Assembly: GCA_003169895.1 (NCBI GenBank) | Contig: PNAE01000007.1 | Coordinates: 1,004,314-1,068,313, forward strand | Length of the DNA stretch: 64,000 bases | Origin: Gemmatimonadota bacterium | GTDB lineage: Bacteria; Gemmatimonadota; Gemmatimonadetes; Gemmatimonadales; GWC2-71-9 | Direction of reading: 5' to 3' | Part shown: positions 8,856 to 20,421 of the stretch, one piece after another | Layout: each line of letters opens with the position of its first letter | Numbering within the stretch: position 1 is the first letter of the stretch | Notes under the pieces: generated by a model | Database searches by the model: none | What the model saw: the letters and a program-made list of their open reading frames with translations, nothing else | What the model was told of the DNA's origin: nothing | Program-made: the position numbers and the translations under genes

Positions 8856-9572
8856 ATGACGCCGAAATACTGGGCACGAATCGTCGCGGGCATGCTGGTT
8901 GTCTTCGCCATCGGCATGCTGGCCGCGCGCGGGATTCACAAAGGCAAGGATTTCGTGATGGACAACTTTCCCGCGTCACTCGGGCTGCTCAATGCGCAGT
9001 TCCGTGTCGACGGCGGCCGATTGGGGGATATCCAGCGGCTGCAGTTCATGCGGTCGCATCCGGGGCGGGTCGATTCCGCGGTCATGACGGTGAAGCTGGC
9101 AAGTTCCACGGACGCCAAGCGGCTCGATGGCTGCGCGTTGCGTGTCACGAACGGCCAGCCGTTCGGTAGTCATACCCGATTCCTCTGCGCCTCCAGCGCT
9201 GATTCCGCACGGCTCGGGCTGGTGCCCTTCGGGCACGTCGTGCTGCTGCCCGACGGCAAGCAGGTCACGTTGTTCGTCGCGCGCGACGTGCAAGACGACA
9301 TGCAGCAGCACGCGTATCGCGGCACGGGTGGTAACGACTCCGGCGACGTCGATATCCAGGCGGCTGATGGTCGTTTCCAGATCAGCGTCAATGGCAAGGT
9401 GATCGTGCAGGCGTCAGGGGACTCGAACGGCGGCAGTCTGGTCATCCGCGGCGCCAATGGCCGGCCGATCGTTGAAATCAACGGTGACAGTGCCGGTGGA
9501 TCCGTGAAGGTTACCGATGCGAACGGGAAGACCCGGGTGAACATCAACGGGAAGCAGGACAGCGGAAAGTAG
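8856..9572 (+). CDS. Hypothetical membrane-anchored protein
   Basis: ATG 8856 is preceded by AGGAG (8844-8848). One N-terminal TM segment (IVAGMLVVFAIGMLAA) and a Gly/Asn-rich repetitive C-terminus. The 5' part of ORF 8013-9572 is antisense to selO and was discarded. Confidence 0.6.
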   Translation: MTPKYWARIVAGMLVVFAIGMLAARGIHKGKDFVMDNFPASLGLLNAQFRVDGGRLGDIQRLQFMRSHPGRVDSAVMTVKLASSTDAKRLDGCALRVTNGQPFGSHTRFLCASSADSARLGLVPFGHVVLLPDGKQVTLFVARDVQDDMQQHAYRGTGGNDSGDVDIQAADGRFQISVNGKVIVQASGDSNGGSLVIRGANGRPIVEINGDSAGGSVKVTDANGKTRVNINGKQDSGK

Positions 9573-9585
9573 GGCCACGACGCTC

Positions 9586-11487
<1,902 letters not shown>

Positions 11488-11514
11488 CAGCAGGAGGCGA
11501 TAGATTTCACGGGG

Positions 11515-12240
11515 ATGACCACGTCTATCGACCGACCGCCGGAACCGCAGACCTCAGGCCCCAGGCCTCATGCCCCGCTGTTGCGACACCGCGGACTGGT
11601 GCGGCTGACCCATTGGCTCCATGCCGTGTTTCTTGCCGGCATGATCGGTAGCGGGCTGCAGATCTACACCGCATACGCGCACATCGGCTATCACGGCGAC
11701 ACCTTCGGCGTCCCGAATCCATTCGACGGCACCCGCATGGCGCTCCCGCGGCAGGTGCTGCTGGGGGGGTGGCTCGCCGGTGGTCTACGCTGGCACTTCG
11801 TGCTGGCGTGGCCCTTCGTGCTGACCGGCCTGGCGTACGTGCTGTTCCTGGCGTTTTCGGGCGAATGGCGTGCGCTGCTGTTCCGGCCGCGTGATGTTCC
11901 GGGCGCCGTGCAAATGGGCCGGTACTACCTGCGTGTTCGGCGCGATCATCCGCCGCAAGGCAAGCACAACGCGTTGCAGAAGAGCGCCTACAGCTTCGTG
12001 CTGGTGCTGGCGGTCGTCTCGGTTCTCAGCGGATTTGCGCTTGCCAAGCCGATCCAGCTGTCCTGGCTCACCGCGCTGTTCGGTGGCTACGAGTGGGCTC
12101 GATACTGGCATTTCGTCGCCGTCTGGGCCTTCACCGCATTCATCGTCGTGCACGTGATCGCCGTACTAGCTTCCGACCCGGCGTCGTTGCGTGCAATCAT
12201 CACCGGCCGCTATCGCGGCAGGCATACCGCCGGTGGGTGA
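11515..12240 (+). CDS. Cytochrome b (b561/PhsC-like) membrane subunit
   Basis: 241 aa with 4-5 TM segments and conserved His positions (THWLHA, RWHF, YWHF, VVHV). It is paired with the downstream Moco oxidoreductase. Confidence 0.75.
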   Translation: MTTSIDRPPEPQTSGPRPHAPLLRHRGLVRLTHWLHAVFLAGMIGSGLQIYTAYAHIGYHGDTFGVPNPFDGTRMALPRQVLLGGWLAGGLRWHFVLAWPFVLTGLAYVLFLAFSGEWRALLFRPRDVPGAVQMGRYYLRVRRDHPPQGKHNALQKSAYSFVLVLAVVSVLSGFALAKPIQLSWLTALFGGYEWARYWHFVAVWAFTAFIVVHVIAVLASDPASLRAIITGRYRGRHTAGG

Positions 12241-12946
12241 ATCGCGCCGCATCATTGCCCGCCGGGACTTCCTGCGCGTCGCCGTGCCCGCGCTGCCCGC
12301 GGCCCTGGTCGCGTGCGGCTGGAACGGCGGCAAGCAACTGCAGCCGCTGTTCAATCGCATCATCGCGGCGAACAATCGCCTTGGCGAAGGACTGCAGGCA
12401 GTCACCCACCGCACGGCCGATCCGCGCCAGGTCGACCGGGGGCAGATGCCGGCGTATTTCATCTCCGACACGATGCCAATGCTCGTCGATCCTTCAGGCT
12501 GGCGGCTCCGCGTCGGCGGGTTGGTGCGACAGCCCACCAGCTTCACGCTGCCAATGCTCGCCCAGCTGCCGCATATCGGCTATACCGTTACCCACCACTG
12601 CGTCGAAGGCTGGTCGGTGGTGAAGGCATGGAACGGCGTCCCGTTCACGACCATTGCCGCGTTGGTCGAGCCGCTACCGGCGGCCAGATATGTCCGATTT
12701 GATTCCTTCGACTCGGACTACATGAACGGTTGGGACATTGCCAGCGCGATGCATCCGCAAACGATCCTTGCCGATGCCTTCGAGGGCCGGCCGCTGGCGC
12801 CAATGCACGGTGCGCCGCTCAGGCTGTACTCGCCGATCAAGCTGGGATACAAGCTCACCAAGTACCTGACGACGGTGACGTTCACCGCAGAAAAGCCGGG
12901 CGGGTACTGGGAAGATCAGGGGTATCCGTGGTTCGGTGGGCTTTGA
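12191..12946 (+). CDS. Molybdopterin-dependent oxidoreductase (sulfite-oxidase/MsrP-like catalytic subunit)
   Basis: Tat-like RRDFLR signal and motifs ..VTHHCVEGWS.. and ..HGAPLRLY.P...GYK..K.L. An alternative GTG start at 12233 would overlap the upstream stop (GTGGGTGA). Confidence 0.8.
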   Translation: MQSSPAAIAAGIPPVGESRRIIARRDFLRVAVPALPAALVACGWNGGKQLQPLFNRIIAANNRLGEGLQAVTHRTADPRQVDRGQMPAYFISDTMPMLVDPSGWRLRVGGLVRQPTSFTLPMLAQLPHIGYTVTHHCVEGWSVVKAWNGVPFTTIAALVEPLPAARYVRFDSFDSDYMNGWDIASAMHPQTILADAFEGRPLAPMHGAPLRLYSPIKLGYKLTKYLTTVTFTAEKPGGYWEDQGYPWFGGL

Positions 12947-12947
12947 C

Positions 12948-13319
12948 TCACTTCTTCCCTCTCACCTTTTCAAACGCCCGCCGTTCCTTCTTGCTCGGTT
13001 TCCCGCCGTCGAACTCGAATCCCGGCGCTCGGCGCAGCTGTTCGCGCAGCCGCTCGCGCAGACTGCGTGAGGCCTCGGTTTCCGCATAGAGCGTCGCTGC
13101 CAGTGCCGCCGACCCGCGGTGCTCCGCCGTTTCCGCCACGACGACCGTGTGTTCGAAGGGTGCCAGCCGCACCCGGACTGTGTCGCCGGGTTGCACCGGG
13201 TGTGCCGGCTTGGTGCGCCCACCGTTGAGTTCGACCTTGCCGCCATTGACGGCTTCGGTCGCGGCGGAGCGCGTTTTGAAGAAGCGCGCCGCCCAGAGCC
13301 ATTTGTCGAGACGTGTCAT
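12948..13319 (-). CDS. S4-domain RNA-binding protein (Hsp15/HslR-like)
   Basis: MTRLDKWLWAARFFKTRSAATEAVNGGKVELNG.. is a typical S4 domain, followed by a basic C-terminal tail. The upstream 170 codons of ORF 12948-13835 were discarded as a GC-rich extension. Confidence 0.8.
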   Translation of the reverse strand: MTRLDKWLWAARFFKTRSAATEAVNGGKVELNGGRTKPAHPVQPGDTVRVRLAPFEHTVVVAETAEHRGSAALAATLYAETEASRSLRERLREQLRRAPGFEFDGGKPSKKERRAFEKVRGKK

Positions 13320-13340
13320 GGGTCCGCATATTACTACATC

Positions 13341-15059
13341 TTGACTTCCAATCCGTCGCCTGCCGACGCCGCTGATCCGCGCACCGGCGAGTTCCCGATC
13401 GATCCGGGGCTGACCGCGCCGTCGGCCGAAGGGCTCGGCCGGCTTGCCGTCCCCGGGCCGCGCGTGCTGCTCGCCGGCATCCTGGTCACGCGCCTGATCC
13501 TCGTCGCGCTGGTACTCGGACGCGAGCTGGGACGCGTGGACCCAAAGGTGGGATCGATCGCCCTGGTTGCGGCGGCGGCGGTCGCCGCCTCCGTGTGGCT
13601 CGGCTGGAGAATGCGCCGGCCAACCGATGTCCCGGGCCCGAGCGCCTTGTTGCTGCAGGCTGCCGTTGATGTGGTCGTGATCACGTCGCTGATCTCGTTC
13701 ACGCCGGCCGCGGCCACGTCGGTCGCCGCGCTCTATGTCGCTGCAGTCACGGTCTATGCGCTGCTGCTCCCGGTGGGCCGCGGGCTGCTCGCGGTGGGGT
13801 TCGCCGTCACGTGCTATGTGTGGGTCAGCCTGCACGCTGCCGAGCCCCCGGATGCCCGGTTCTGGACGCAGGTCGCGGTGATTGGCTTCGTCGGCGCGTT
13901 GATCGCCGTCCTCGGCAACCGGCTCACCGATGCATCGCGCGGGCAGCGCGCGCTCGCCGCCGCCTTATTGCAGGCGCGGTTCGAGGCAGATGAGATTCTC
14001 GGTAGCATCCAGTCCGGGGTGATCAGCATTGACGGTGATGGTCGCCTCGGGTATCTCAATCCCCGCGGCCGCAAGATCCTCGGTGGCGGCGCCGGGACGT
14101 TCGTCCCGGGCCAGCCCGCGCTGGACACGCTGCGGGCGCGCTCGCGCGAGCTGTACGACGCCATCACCCGCGGCATTTCGGGCGGCGGCCGCGTGGCGCG
14201 CGCGGAGGCACAGGTCCGGCGCGACGACGGCTCGCTGTTTCCCGTCGGCCTGAGTACCACCACATTCAATCGGCCCGGCAGCAACAGTCGGGTCGTCACG
14301 GCGATCTTTACCGACATCTCCGACCTCAAGCGCCTGCAGGAGTTCCGGCTGCGGGCCGAGCGGTTGGAAGCGGTCGCGGCGCTGAGCGCGTCGTTGGCCC
14401 ATGAGATCCGCAACCCGCTTGCCGCGATCCGCAGCGCCGTCGAACAGCTCGCTCGGTCGGTCGGGCCGGACGAGGATGATCAAACGCTGGCGCGCCTGGT
14501 GCTGCGTGAAAGCGAGCGGCTCAACCGGCTGCTGAGCGAGTTCCTGGACTTCTCGCGGGTGCGCGCCAGCAAGTTCGAGCGCCTCGACCTCACCGAACTG
14601 GTGCGCGACGTGGTGCGAATCACCGGCGAGCATCCCGCGGCAAAGGGCGTGGAGATCGCCGTCGATGGCGGCCCGGTGGAACTGGAGGCCGATGCCGATC
14701 TGATCATCCGCCTCGTGAGCAACCTGCTGCTCAACGCGGCGCAGGCACTCGATGGTCGCGGGCGCATCAGCGTGTCGATTGGTCTCGCGCGCGCGGGTGA
14801 GGGACCCGGCGGCGCCGTCGAGCGGCCGGTGAAGCTGGTGGTGCGGGACAACGGCCCCGGGATTCCGGACTCGGTGCGTGAGCGGCTGTTCGAGCCATTC
14901 GTCACCGGGCGTCACGGCGGGACTGGATTGGGTCTCGCCATCGTGCAGCGAGCGGTGGCGGCGCACCGCGGCGTGATTCTGGTGGATACCGCACCGGGGG
15001 CGGGAACCACCTGGTCGATCTTTCTTCCGGCCACATGGAACAGGGAGGACAGGGGATGA
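13341..15059 (+). CDS. pilS: PilS-like sensor histidine kinase (six TM segments, PAS-like region, HisKA, HATPase)
   Basis: Six hydrophobic segments in the first ~220 aa. H-box SLAHEIRNPL and ATPase boxes NLLLNAAQA, RDNGPGIP and GGTGLGLAIV. The start is uncertain (TTG 13341 chosen, GTG 13464 possible). The gene symbol is inferred from architecture and context only. Confidence 0.75.
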   Translation: MTSNPSPADAADPRTGEFPIDPGLTAPSAEGLGRLAVPGPRVLLAGILVTRLILVALVLGRELGRVDPKVGSIALVAAAAVAASVWLGWRMRRPTDVPGPSALLLQAAVDVVVITSLISFTPAAATSVAALYVAAVTVYALLLPVGRGLLAVGFAVTCYVWVSLHAAEPPDARFWTQVAVIGFVGALIAVLGNRLTDASRGQRALAAALLQARFEADEILGSIQSGVISIDGDGRLGYLNPRGRKILGGGAGTFVPGQPALDTLRARSRELYDAITRGISGGGRVARAEAQVRRDDGSLFPVGLSTTTFNRPGSNSRVVTAIFTDISDLKRLQEFRLRAERLEAVAALSASLAHEIRNPLAAIRSAVEQLARSVGPDEDDQTLARLVLRESERLNRLLSEFLDFSRVRASKFERLDLTELVRDVVRITGEHPAAKGVEIAVDGGPVELEADADLIIRLVSNLLLNAAQALDGRGRISVSIGLARAGEGPGGAVERPVKLVVRDNGPGIPDSVRERLFEPFVTGRHGGTGLGLAIVQRAVAAHRGVILVDTAPGAGTTWSIFLPATWNREDRG

Positions 15060-16438
15060 GCCAGCAGGCATCGGTACTGGTGATCGACGACGAATCGGGA
15101 ATCCTCGATACGCTGCGTATTCTGCTGAAGAAGGAAGGCTTCGAAGTCACCACGGCGCAGGGCGGCAAGGCTGGACTGGACGCGATTCGCGCCAATGCCC
15201 CCGACATCGTGCTCACCGACGTGCGTATGCCGCAGGTGACCGGCCTCGACATCCTGCAGGCGGTGAAGGAGGCCGACCCGATCACGCCGGTATTGCTGAT
15301 GACCGCACAGGCGTCCTTGCAGAGCGCCATCCAGGCGGTCAACGCCGGCGCGTTCTACTATCTGCAGAAGCCGTTCGCCAACGACGAGCTGCTGGCGATC
15401 CTCCGGCGGGCGTGCGAGTTCCGGCAGATCCGGGTCGAGAACAAGCAGCTCAAGCAGGAGATCCGTCGCACGGGCGGCGGGCCCCGCCCGGTGGTGACGC
15501 GGCCCGTCGGCAAGTCGCGGCGCTTCCTCGACGTCCTGCGCTTCGCCGACGTGGTGGCGCCAACCGATTCCACCGTATTGATCGGCGGAGAGAGCGGCAC
15601 CGGCAAGGAAGTGCTGGCCCGCTACATCCACGACGCATCACTGCGAGCCGAAGGGCCGTTCCTGTCGATCAACTGCGGTGCATTGCCGGAGACACTGCTC
15701 GAAAGCGAGCTGTTCGGTCACGTCAAGGGGTCGTTCACCGGCGCCGTGCGTGACAAGCAGGGACTCTTCGCCGCCGCGCGGGGCGGGACGTTCTTCCTCG
15801 ATGAGGTCGGCGAGATGCCGCCCTCCCTGCAGGTGAAGCTGCTGCGGGTGCTGCAGCAGCGGGAAGTGATCCCGGTGGGCGCCACCGAGGCGTTGCCGGT
15901 CGACGTGCGCATCATCGCCGCGACCAACCGCGAACTCGAAGAGGAAGTGCGCCGCGGCAACTTCCGCTCGGACCTGTTCTACCGGCTCAACGTCCTGGCG
16001 ATGGATCTGCCCCCGCTGCGCGACCGGCGCGACGATCTGCTGCTGCTGATCGATCGCTTCCTGCAGGACCTGGCGAGCGATCGTGGCATGGAGGTCAAGG
16101 CGCTGACCGCCGAGGCGCTCGATGCGGTGATGGTATACGAGTGGCCCGGTAACGTCCGGGAACTGCAGAACGCACTCGAGCACGCGACTGTGCTGACCAA
16201 GGGCAGCCTGATCGAGCCGCAGCACCTGCCCGAGCGGATCACGCGCCAGAAGAAGGAACCGCTGGTGGCCGACCGCGCCCAGCCCAATCCGACCCTGGAC
16301 CTGATCGAGCGCGCGTACATCATGTTCGTGCTCCAGGCTGAAGGCGGCAACAAGACGCGCGCCGCCGAGGCGCTGGGCATCGACCCCAGCACGTTGTACC
16401 GCAAGCTTTCGCGCTACGAAGAGGTCGAGGCCACCTAG
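15056..16438 (+). CDS. pilR: PilR-like sigma-54-dependent response regulator (REC-AAA+-Fis HTH)
   Basis: REC domain (VLVIDDE.., DIVLTDVRMP) and AAA+ motifs GESGTGKEV, ESELFGHVKGSFTGA, with a C-terminal HTH. ATG 15056 overlaps the kinase stop (ATGA), and a GGGAGG RBS lies upstream. Confidence 0.85.
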   Translation: MSQQASVLVIDDESGILDTLRILLKKEGFEVTTAQGGKAGLDAIRANAPDIVLTDVRMPQVTGLDILQAVKEADPITPVLLMTAQASLQSAIQAVNAGAFYYLQKPFANDELLAILRRACEFRQIRVENKQLKQEIRRTGGGPRPVVTRPVGKSRRFLDVLRFADVVAPTDSTVLIGGESGTGKEVLARYIHDASLRAEGPFLSINCGALPETLLESELFGHVKGSFTGAVRDKQGLFAAARGGTFFLDEVGEMPPSLQVKLLRVLQQREVIPVGATEALPVDVRIIAATNRELEEEVRRGNFRSDLFYRLNVLAMDLPPLRDRRDDLLLLIDRFLQDLASDRGMEVKALTAEALDAVMVYEWPGNVRELQNALEHATVLTKGSLIEPQHLPERITRQKKEPLVADRAQPNPTLDLIERAYIMFVLQAEGGNKTRAAEALGIDPSTLYRKLSRYEEVEAT

Positions 16439-18430
16439 GTGACCCAGGTCGCCGCGCTCGTCCTGCTGGTGTTCGGCCTGCTGCCGATCGCCAACTGGAT
16501 ACCCGGCGGCCACGATGCGCCATGGTACAGCGAGCGCCTGGCCGGGTGGCTCAGCGGCGGCGGCATCGTGCTCGGCGTCGGCATCATCGCCGCGATCACG
16601 CTACGCCGGCGCCCCGGCTGGTGGCGACCGGGGCTCTGGGCTGGCATCGCTGCCCGCTGGCGCACCGGCAACCGTCGCGCCGATGCCGGCATCGCCCTGG
16701 CGGTGTTCGCCGTGTGCGCGCTGGTCGCGCGGTTCATCCTGTCGGCCAGGCCGCTGCTGATTGATGAGATCATCTCGCTGTACCAGGCACGCATTTTCGC
16801 CTCCGGCCGACTCTGGCTCCCCGCACCGGCATTCACCGAGTTCACCAGTGCGCTGCTCCTGCTCGACGGCCACGGCAAGGTCTACGGCCAGTTTCCCGCG
16901 GGGGGGCCGGCGATGCTCGCCATCGGCACATTGCTGCACGCCGAATGGCTGGTGGGCCCCACCGCAACGGCGATCGGCGCCTACCTGTTCGCGCGGTTGC
17001 TGCGCCGTCTCGACCTGCGGGACGGAACCGCGCTGGCGGCGCTCCTGTTGTATGCCTTCGCACCGTTCACCGTGTTTCTCGGCGGCTCGATGATGAACCA
17101 CGTCACCGAGACCACGTGGCTGCTCGGTGCGGCCCTCGGGCTATCGATTGCAACTGGCAGCGAACGCGCCAATCCCCGCGCTGCGTTCGTCATGGGGTTG
17201 GCATTCGGAATCGCCGCAGCCATTCGCCCGACCGATGCCGCGGCATTCGCGTTACCTGCGGGCGCATGGCTGCTCTGGCGGGCGCGTCGCGGCGTGTCCC
17301 ACGCGCGAGCCATGCTCCTGAGCGGTCTTGGCATCGCGATCCCGCTCACACTGCTGTTCGTCGTGAACGCCCACCAGACCGGCAATCCGTTCCGGTTCGG
17401 CTACGTCGAGCTGTGGGGGAAGTCGCACGAAATCGGATTCCATGCCGCACCGTGGGGAGAGGCGCACACGCCCGTGCGCGGCCTGGAGTTGATCAACCTG
17501 TATTTCCTCCGCCTGCAGGACTACTTCCTCGAGACCGCCGGGCCATCCCTGGTGTTCGCGACAGCCGCGCTCGGTCTGGCGCCGCGGCAGGCCGGAATGG
17601 ACCGCTGGGCGCTCGCTGGCGCAGCGTTCGTTGTGCTGGCGTATTGGGCCTACTGGCACGACGGATTCTACCTCGGACCCCGGTTCATGCTGCCTTTGGC
17701 GCCTTGGCTCGCACTGTGGACGGCGCGCTTGCCGGCGGTGATGGAGTGGCGGCGGATCTCGCCCGCAGTGATCCGAGGGGCCGTGATCGCGGGAAGCCTG
17801 GCGCTGCTGATCGGTGCCGTGACATCGGTCCCGCTCCGAGCAGCGCAGTATCGCCGCAGCAACCTGTCGAAGCGCTTCGACGTCGATTCGGCGGCCGCTG
17901 CCAACGGTGTTCACGACGCGCTGGTCCTGGTTCGCGAGTGGTGGGGCGGTCAGATGGTTGCGCGGATGTGGAGCCTCGGCGTGAGTCGAACGGACGCCGA
18001 GCACTACTACCGGTGGAATGATGCCTGCCGGCTGCAATCCGCGATCACCGCGACGGACCGTGATGCGAGCGGCGCCACTGGGCTCCAGCGTCGTCTCGCT
18101 CCGTTTCGGGCTGACTCAGCCCGCCTCGTCACCAATCGCGTGAATGGGGACAGCGCCGTGCGGGTTGTGCCGGGCGGACCGATCACGGGCGTCTGCCTGC
18201 GCCGGATGGCGGAGGACAGCGCCGGTTTCACAACGTATCCCAGTCTGCTGCTCGCTCGCGGCTATGGCAACGTTTACCTGCGCGATCTGCACGCGCGCGA
18301 CAGCGTGCTCCACCCGTTGGAGTCGCACCGCCCGATCTGGCTGCTGACGCAAGCGCCGGAGATTGGCGCACCGCTGCGCTTCGAGCGCATCCCGGTGGAT
18401 TCGATGCTGCGCGAGTGGCAGAATCAATGA
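16439..18430 (+). CDS. GT-C-fold-like polytopic membrane glycosyltransferase (ArnT/PMT_2-like), paralogue 1
   Basis: 663 aa with about 10-12 TM segments, an acidic first-loop motif LLIDEIISLYQARIF and a large C-terminal soluble domain. GTG 16439 abuts the TAG of the regulator gene. Confidence 0.75.
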   Translation: MTQVAALVLLVFGLLPIANWIPGGHDAPWYSERLAGWLSGGGIVLGVGIIAAITLRRRPGWWRPGLWAGIAARWRTGNRRADAGIALAVFAVCALVARFILSARPLLIDEIISLYQARIFASGRLWLPAPAFTEFTSALLLLDGHGKVYGQFPAGGPAMLAIGTLLHAEWLVGPTATAIGAYLFARLLRRLDLRDGTALAALLLYAFAPFTVFLGGSMMNHVTETTWLLGAALGLSIATGSERANPRAAFVMGLAFGIAAAIRPTDAAAFALPAGAWLLWRARRGVSHARAMLLSGLGIAIPLTLLFVVNAHQTGNPFRFGYVELWGKSHEIGFHAAPWGEAHTPVRGLELINLYFLRLQDYFLETAGPSLVFATAALGLAPRQAGMDRWALAGAAFVVLAYWAYWHDGFYLGPRFMLPLAPWLALWTARLPAVMEWRRISPAVIRGAVIAGSLALLIGAVTSVPLRAAQYRRSNLSKRFDVDSAAAANGVHDALVLVREWWGGQMVARMWSLGVSRTDAEHYYRWNDACRLQSAITATDRDASGATGLQRRLAPFRADSARLVTNRVNGDSAVRVVPGGPITGVCLRRMAEDSAGFTTYPSLLLARGYGNVYLRDLHARDSVLHPLESHRPIWLLTQAPEIGAPLRFERIPVDSMLREWQNQ

Positions 18431-20418
18431 CCCAGGTCGCCGCGCTCATCCTGCTGGTATTTGGTCTGCTGCCGATCGCCAACTGGATTCCCGGCGGCCA
18501 CGATGCGCCATGGTACGGCGAGCGCCTGGCCGGTTGGCTCAGCGGCGGCGGGATAGTGCTTGGCGTGGGCATCATTGCCGCGATCACGTTGCGCCGGAAT
18601 CCCGGGTTGTGGCGATCGGGGGTCTGGGCTGGCGTCGCCGCCCGATGGCGGACCGGCAACCGTCGCGCCGATGCTGGCATCGCCCTGGCCGTGTTCGCCG
18701 TGTGCGCCGTGGTGGCGCGACTGGTGTTTTCCGGCCGGCCGCTGCTGATCGACGAGATCATCTCGCTGTACCAGGCGCGCATCTTCGCCGCCGGCCGACT
18801 GTGGCTCCCCGCGCCGGCGTTCACCGAGTTCACCAGTGCGATGCACCTGCTCGACTGGAACGGCAAGGTCTACGGCCAGTTTCCCGCCGGCGGGCCGGCC
18901 ATGCTCGCCATCGGGACCTTGCTGCACGCCGAATGGCTGGTGGGTCCGGCTGCAACGGCGATTGGAGCGTACCTGTTCGCGCGATTGCTGCGCCATCTCG
19001 ACCTGCGGGACGGAACCGCGCTCGCCGCACTGCTGCTCTATGCATTCGCGCCGTTCACGGTGTTTCTCGGCGGTTCGATGATGAACCACGTCACCGCGAC
19101 TACATGGCTGCTCGGAGCCGCGCTGGGATTGGTGATCGCGACGTCGGACGCGCGGGCACGTCCACGGGCCGCGCTGGCGATGGGATTCGCGTTTGGCGTG
19201 GCGGCGACGATCCGTCCGACCGACGCCGCCGCGTTCGCGATCCCGGCGGCAATCTGGCTGATCTGGCGCGCCCGTGGCGGGTCGGCGCATGTCCGGGCGT
19301 TGCTGCTGAGCGGCGCGGGCGTGGCCATACCGATCGCGCTGCTGCTCTGGGTCAACCTGCATCAGACCGGCAGCCCCTTCCGCTTCGGCTACATCGAGAT
19401 GTGGGGGAAGTCGCACGAAATCGGATTCCACGCCGCACCATGGGGCGAGGCCCACACGCCGGCGCGCGGCATCGAGCTGATCAACCTTTACCTGCTGCGC
19501 TTGCAGGACTACTTCTTCGAGTCCGCCGGCCCCTCGCTGGTGTTCGCGACGCTGGCACTGGGCCTCACCATTCGCCGGCGCGCCTTCGATCGCTGGGCGC
19601 TGGCGGGGTCGGGCCTCCTGCTGGTGGCGTACTTCGCCTATTGGCACGACGGCTTCTACCTGGGTCCGCGTTTCATGCTGCCGCTGGCGCCGTGGCTCGC
19701 GTTGTGGACCGCGCGGCTGCCGGCGGTCCTGGAGGAGCGGCACGTCGCGCCGGCGATCGTGCGCGCAACGGTAGTGGCCGGCGTCACGGCGCTGCTCCTC
19801 GGCGCGGTGGTGGCGGTGCCATTGCGGGCGCGGCAGTATACGAACGGCATGTTGTCGATGCGCTTCGACGTCGATCGCCTTGCCGCCGCGAACGGGGTGC
19901 ACGACGCGGTGGTACTGGTGCGCGAAAGCTGGGGCGGGCAGCTGATGGCCCGGCTCTGGGGTCTGGGTGTCAGTCGGACCGATGCCGAGCATCTCTATCG
20001 AACCAACGATGCGTGTCGCCTGGAACTGACGATCAGTGCCACCGAACGTGACGGCGGCGGGTCCGATGAGCTGCAGCGGCGACTCGCACCCTTCCATGCC
20101 GATTCTGCCCGGGTGAGGGCGGATCGTACGCTGCCCGACACCACGGTGCGGTTCGCGCCCGATGGTCCGCGGGCAGAGCTGTGCCAGCGGCGACTCATCG
20201 AGGACCGCTCCGGCTTCACGCTGTATCCGCCGTTGCTGCTCGCTCGCGGCGCCAACAACATCTTTCTCCGCGACCTGCACGCCCGCGACTCGCTGGTGCT
20301 CGTCCGGTATCCGCAGCGTTCCATCTGGTTGCTGATGAAGGATCCCGCGGTCGGGAGTCCGCTGCGATTCGAGCGGGTTTCACCGGATTCGATGTTGCGC
20401 GAGTGGCAGAGGGATTGA
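18427..20418 (+). CDS. GT-C-fold-like polytopic membrane glycosyltransferase, paralogue 2 (tandem duplicate)
   Basis: About 75-80% identical by eye to 16439-18430, and nearly identical over the first ~230 aa. ATG 18427 overlaps the upstream stop (ATGA). Confidence 0.75.
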   Translation: MTQVAALILLVFGLLPIANWIPGGHDAPWYGERLAGWLSGGGIVLGVGIIAAITLRRNPGLWRSGVWAGVAARWRTGNRRADAGIALAVFAVCAVVARLVFSGRPLLIDEIISLYQARIFAAGRLWLPAPAFTEFTSAMHLLDWNGKVYGQFPAGGPAMLAIGTLLHAEWLVGPAATAIGAYLFARLLRHLDLRDGTALAALLLYAFAPFTVFLGGSMMNHVTATTWLLGAALGLVIATSDARARPRAALAMGFAFGVAATIRPTDAAAFAIPAAIWLIWRARGGSAHVRALLLSGAGVAIPIALLLWVNLHQTGSPFRFGYIEMWGKSHEIGFHAAPWGEAHTPARGIELINLYLLRLQDYFFESAGPSLVFATLALGLTIRRRAFDRWALAGSGLLLVAYFAYWHDGFYLGPRFMLPLAPWLALWTARLPAVLEERHVAPAIVRATVVAGVTALLLGAVVAVPLRARQYTNGMLSMRFDVDRLAAANGVHDAVVLVRESWGGQLMARLWGLGVSRTDAEHLYRTNDACRLELTISATERDGGGSDELQRRLAPFHADSARVRADRTLPDTTVRFAPDGPRAELCQRRLIEDRSGFTLYPPLLLARGANNIFLRDLHARDSLVLVRYPQRSIWLLMKDPAVGSPLRFERVSPDSMLREWQRD

Positions 20419-20421
20419 GGC

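Noticed and set aside
18424-20280. Long antisense ORFs (618 aa here; also 3667-4860, 32885-35032, 62920-63999, 13965-15071, 15638-16513 and many others in the track)
   Set aside because: All lie opposite genes with clear family motifs. They are rich in Arg/Pro/Gly/His with no motifs. They are explained by the lack of stop codons in GC-rich antisense frames.
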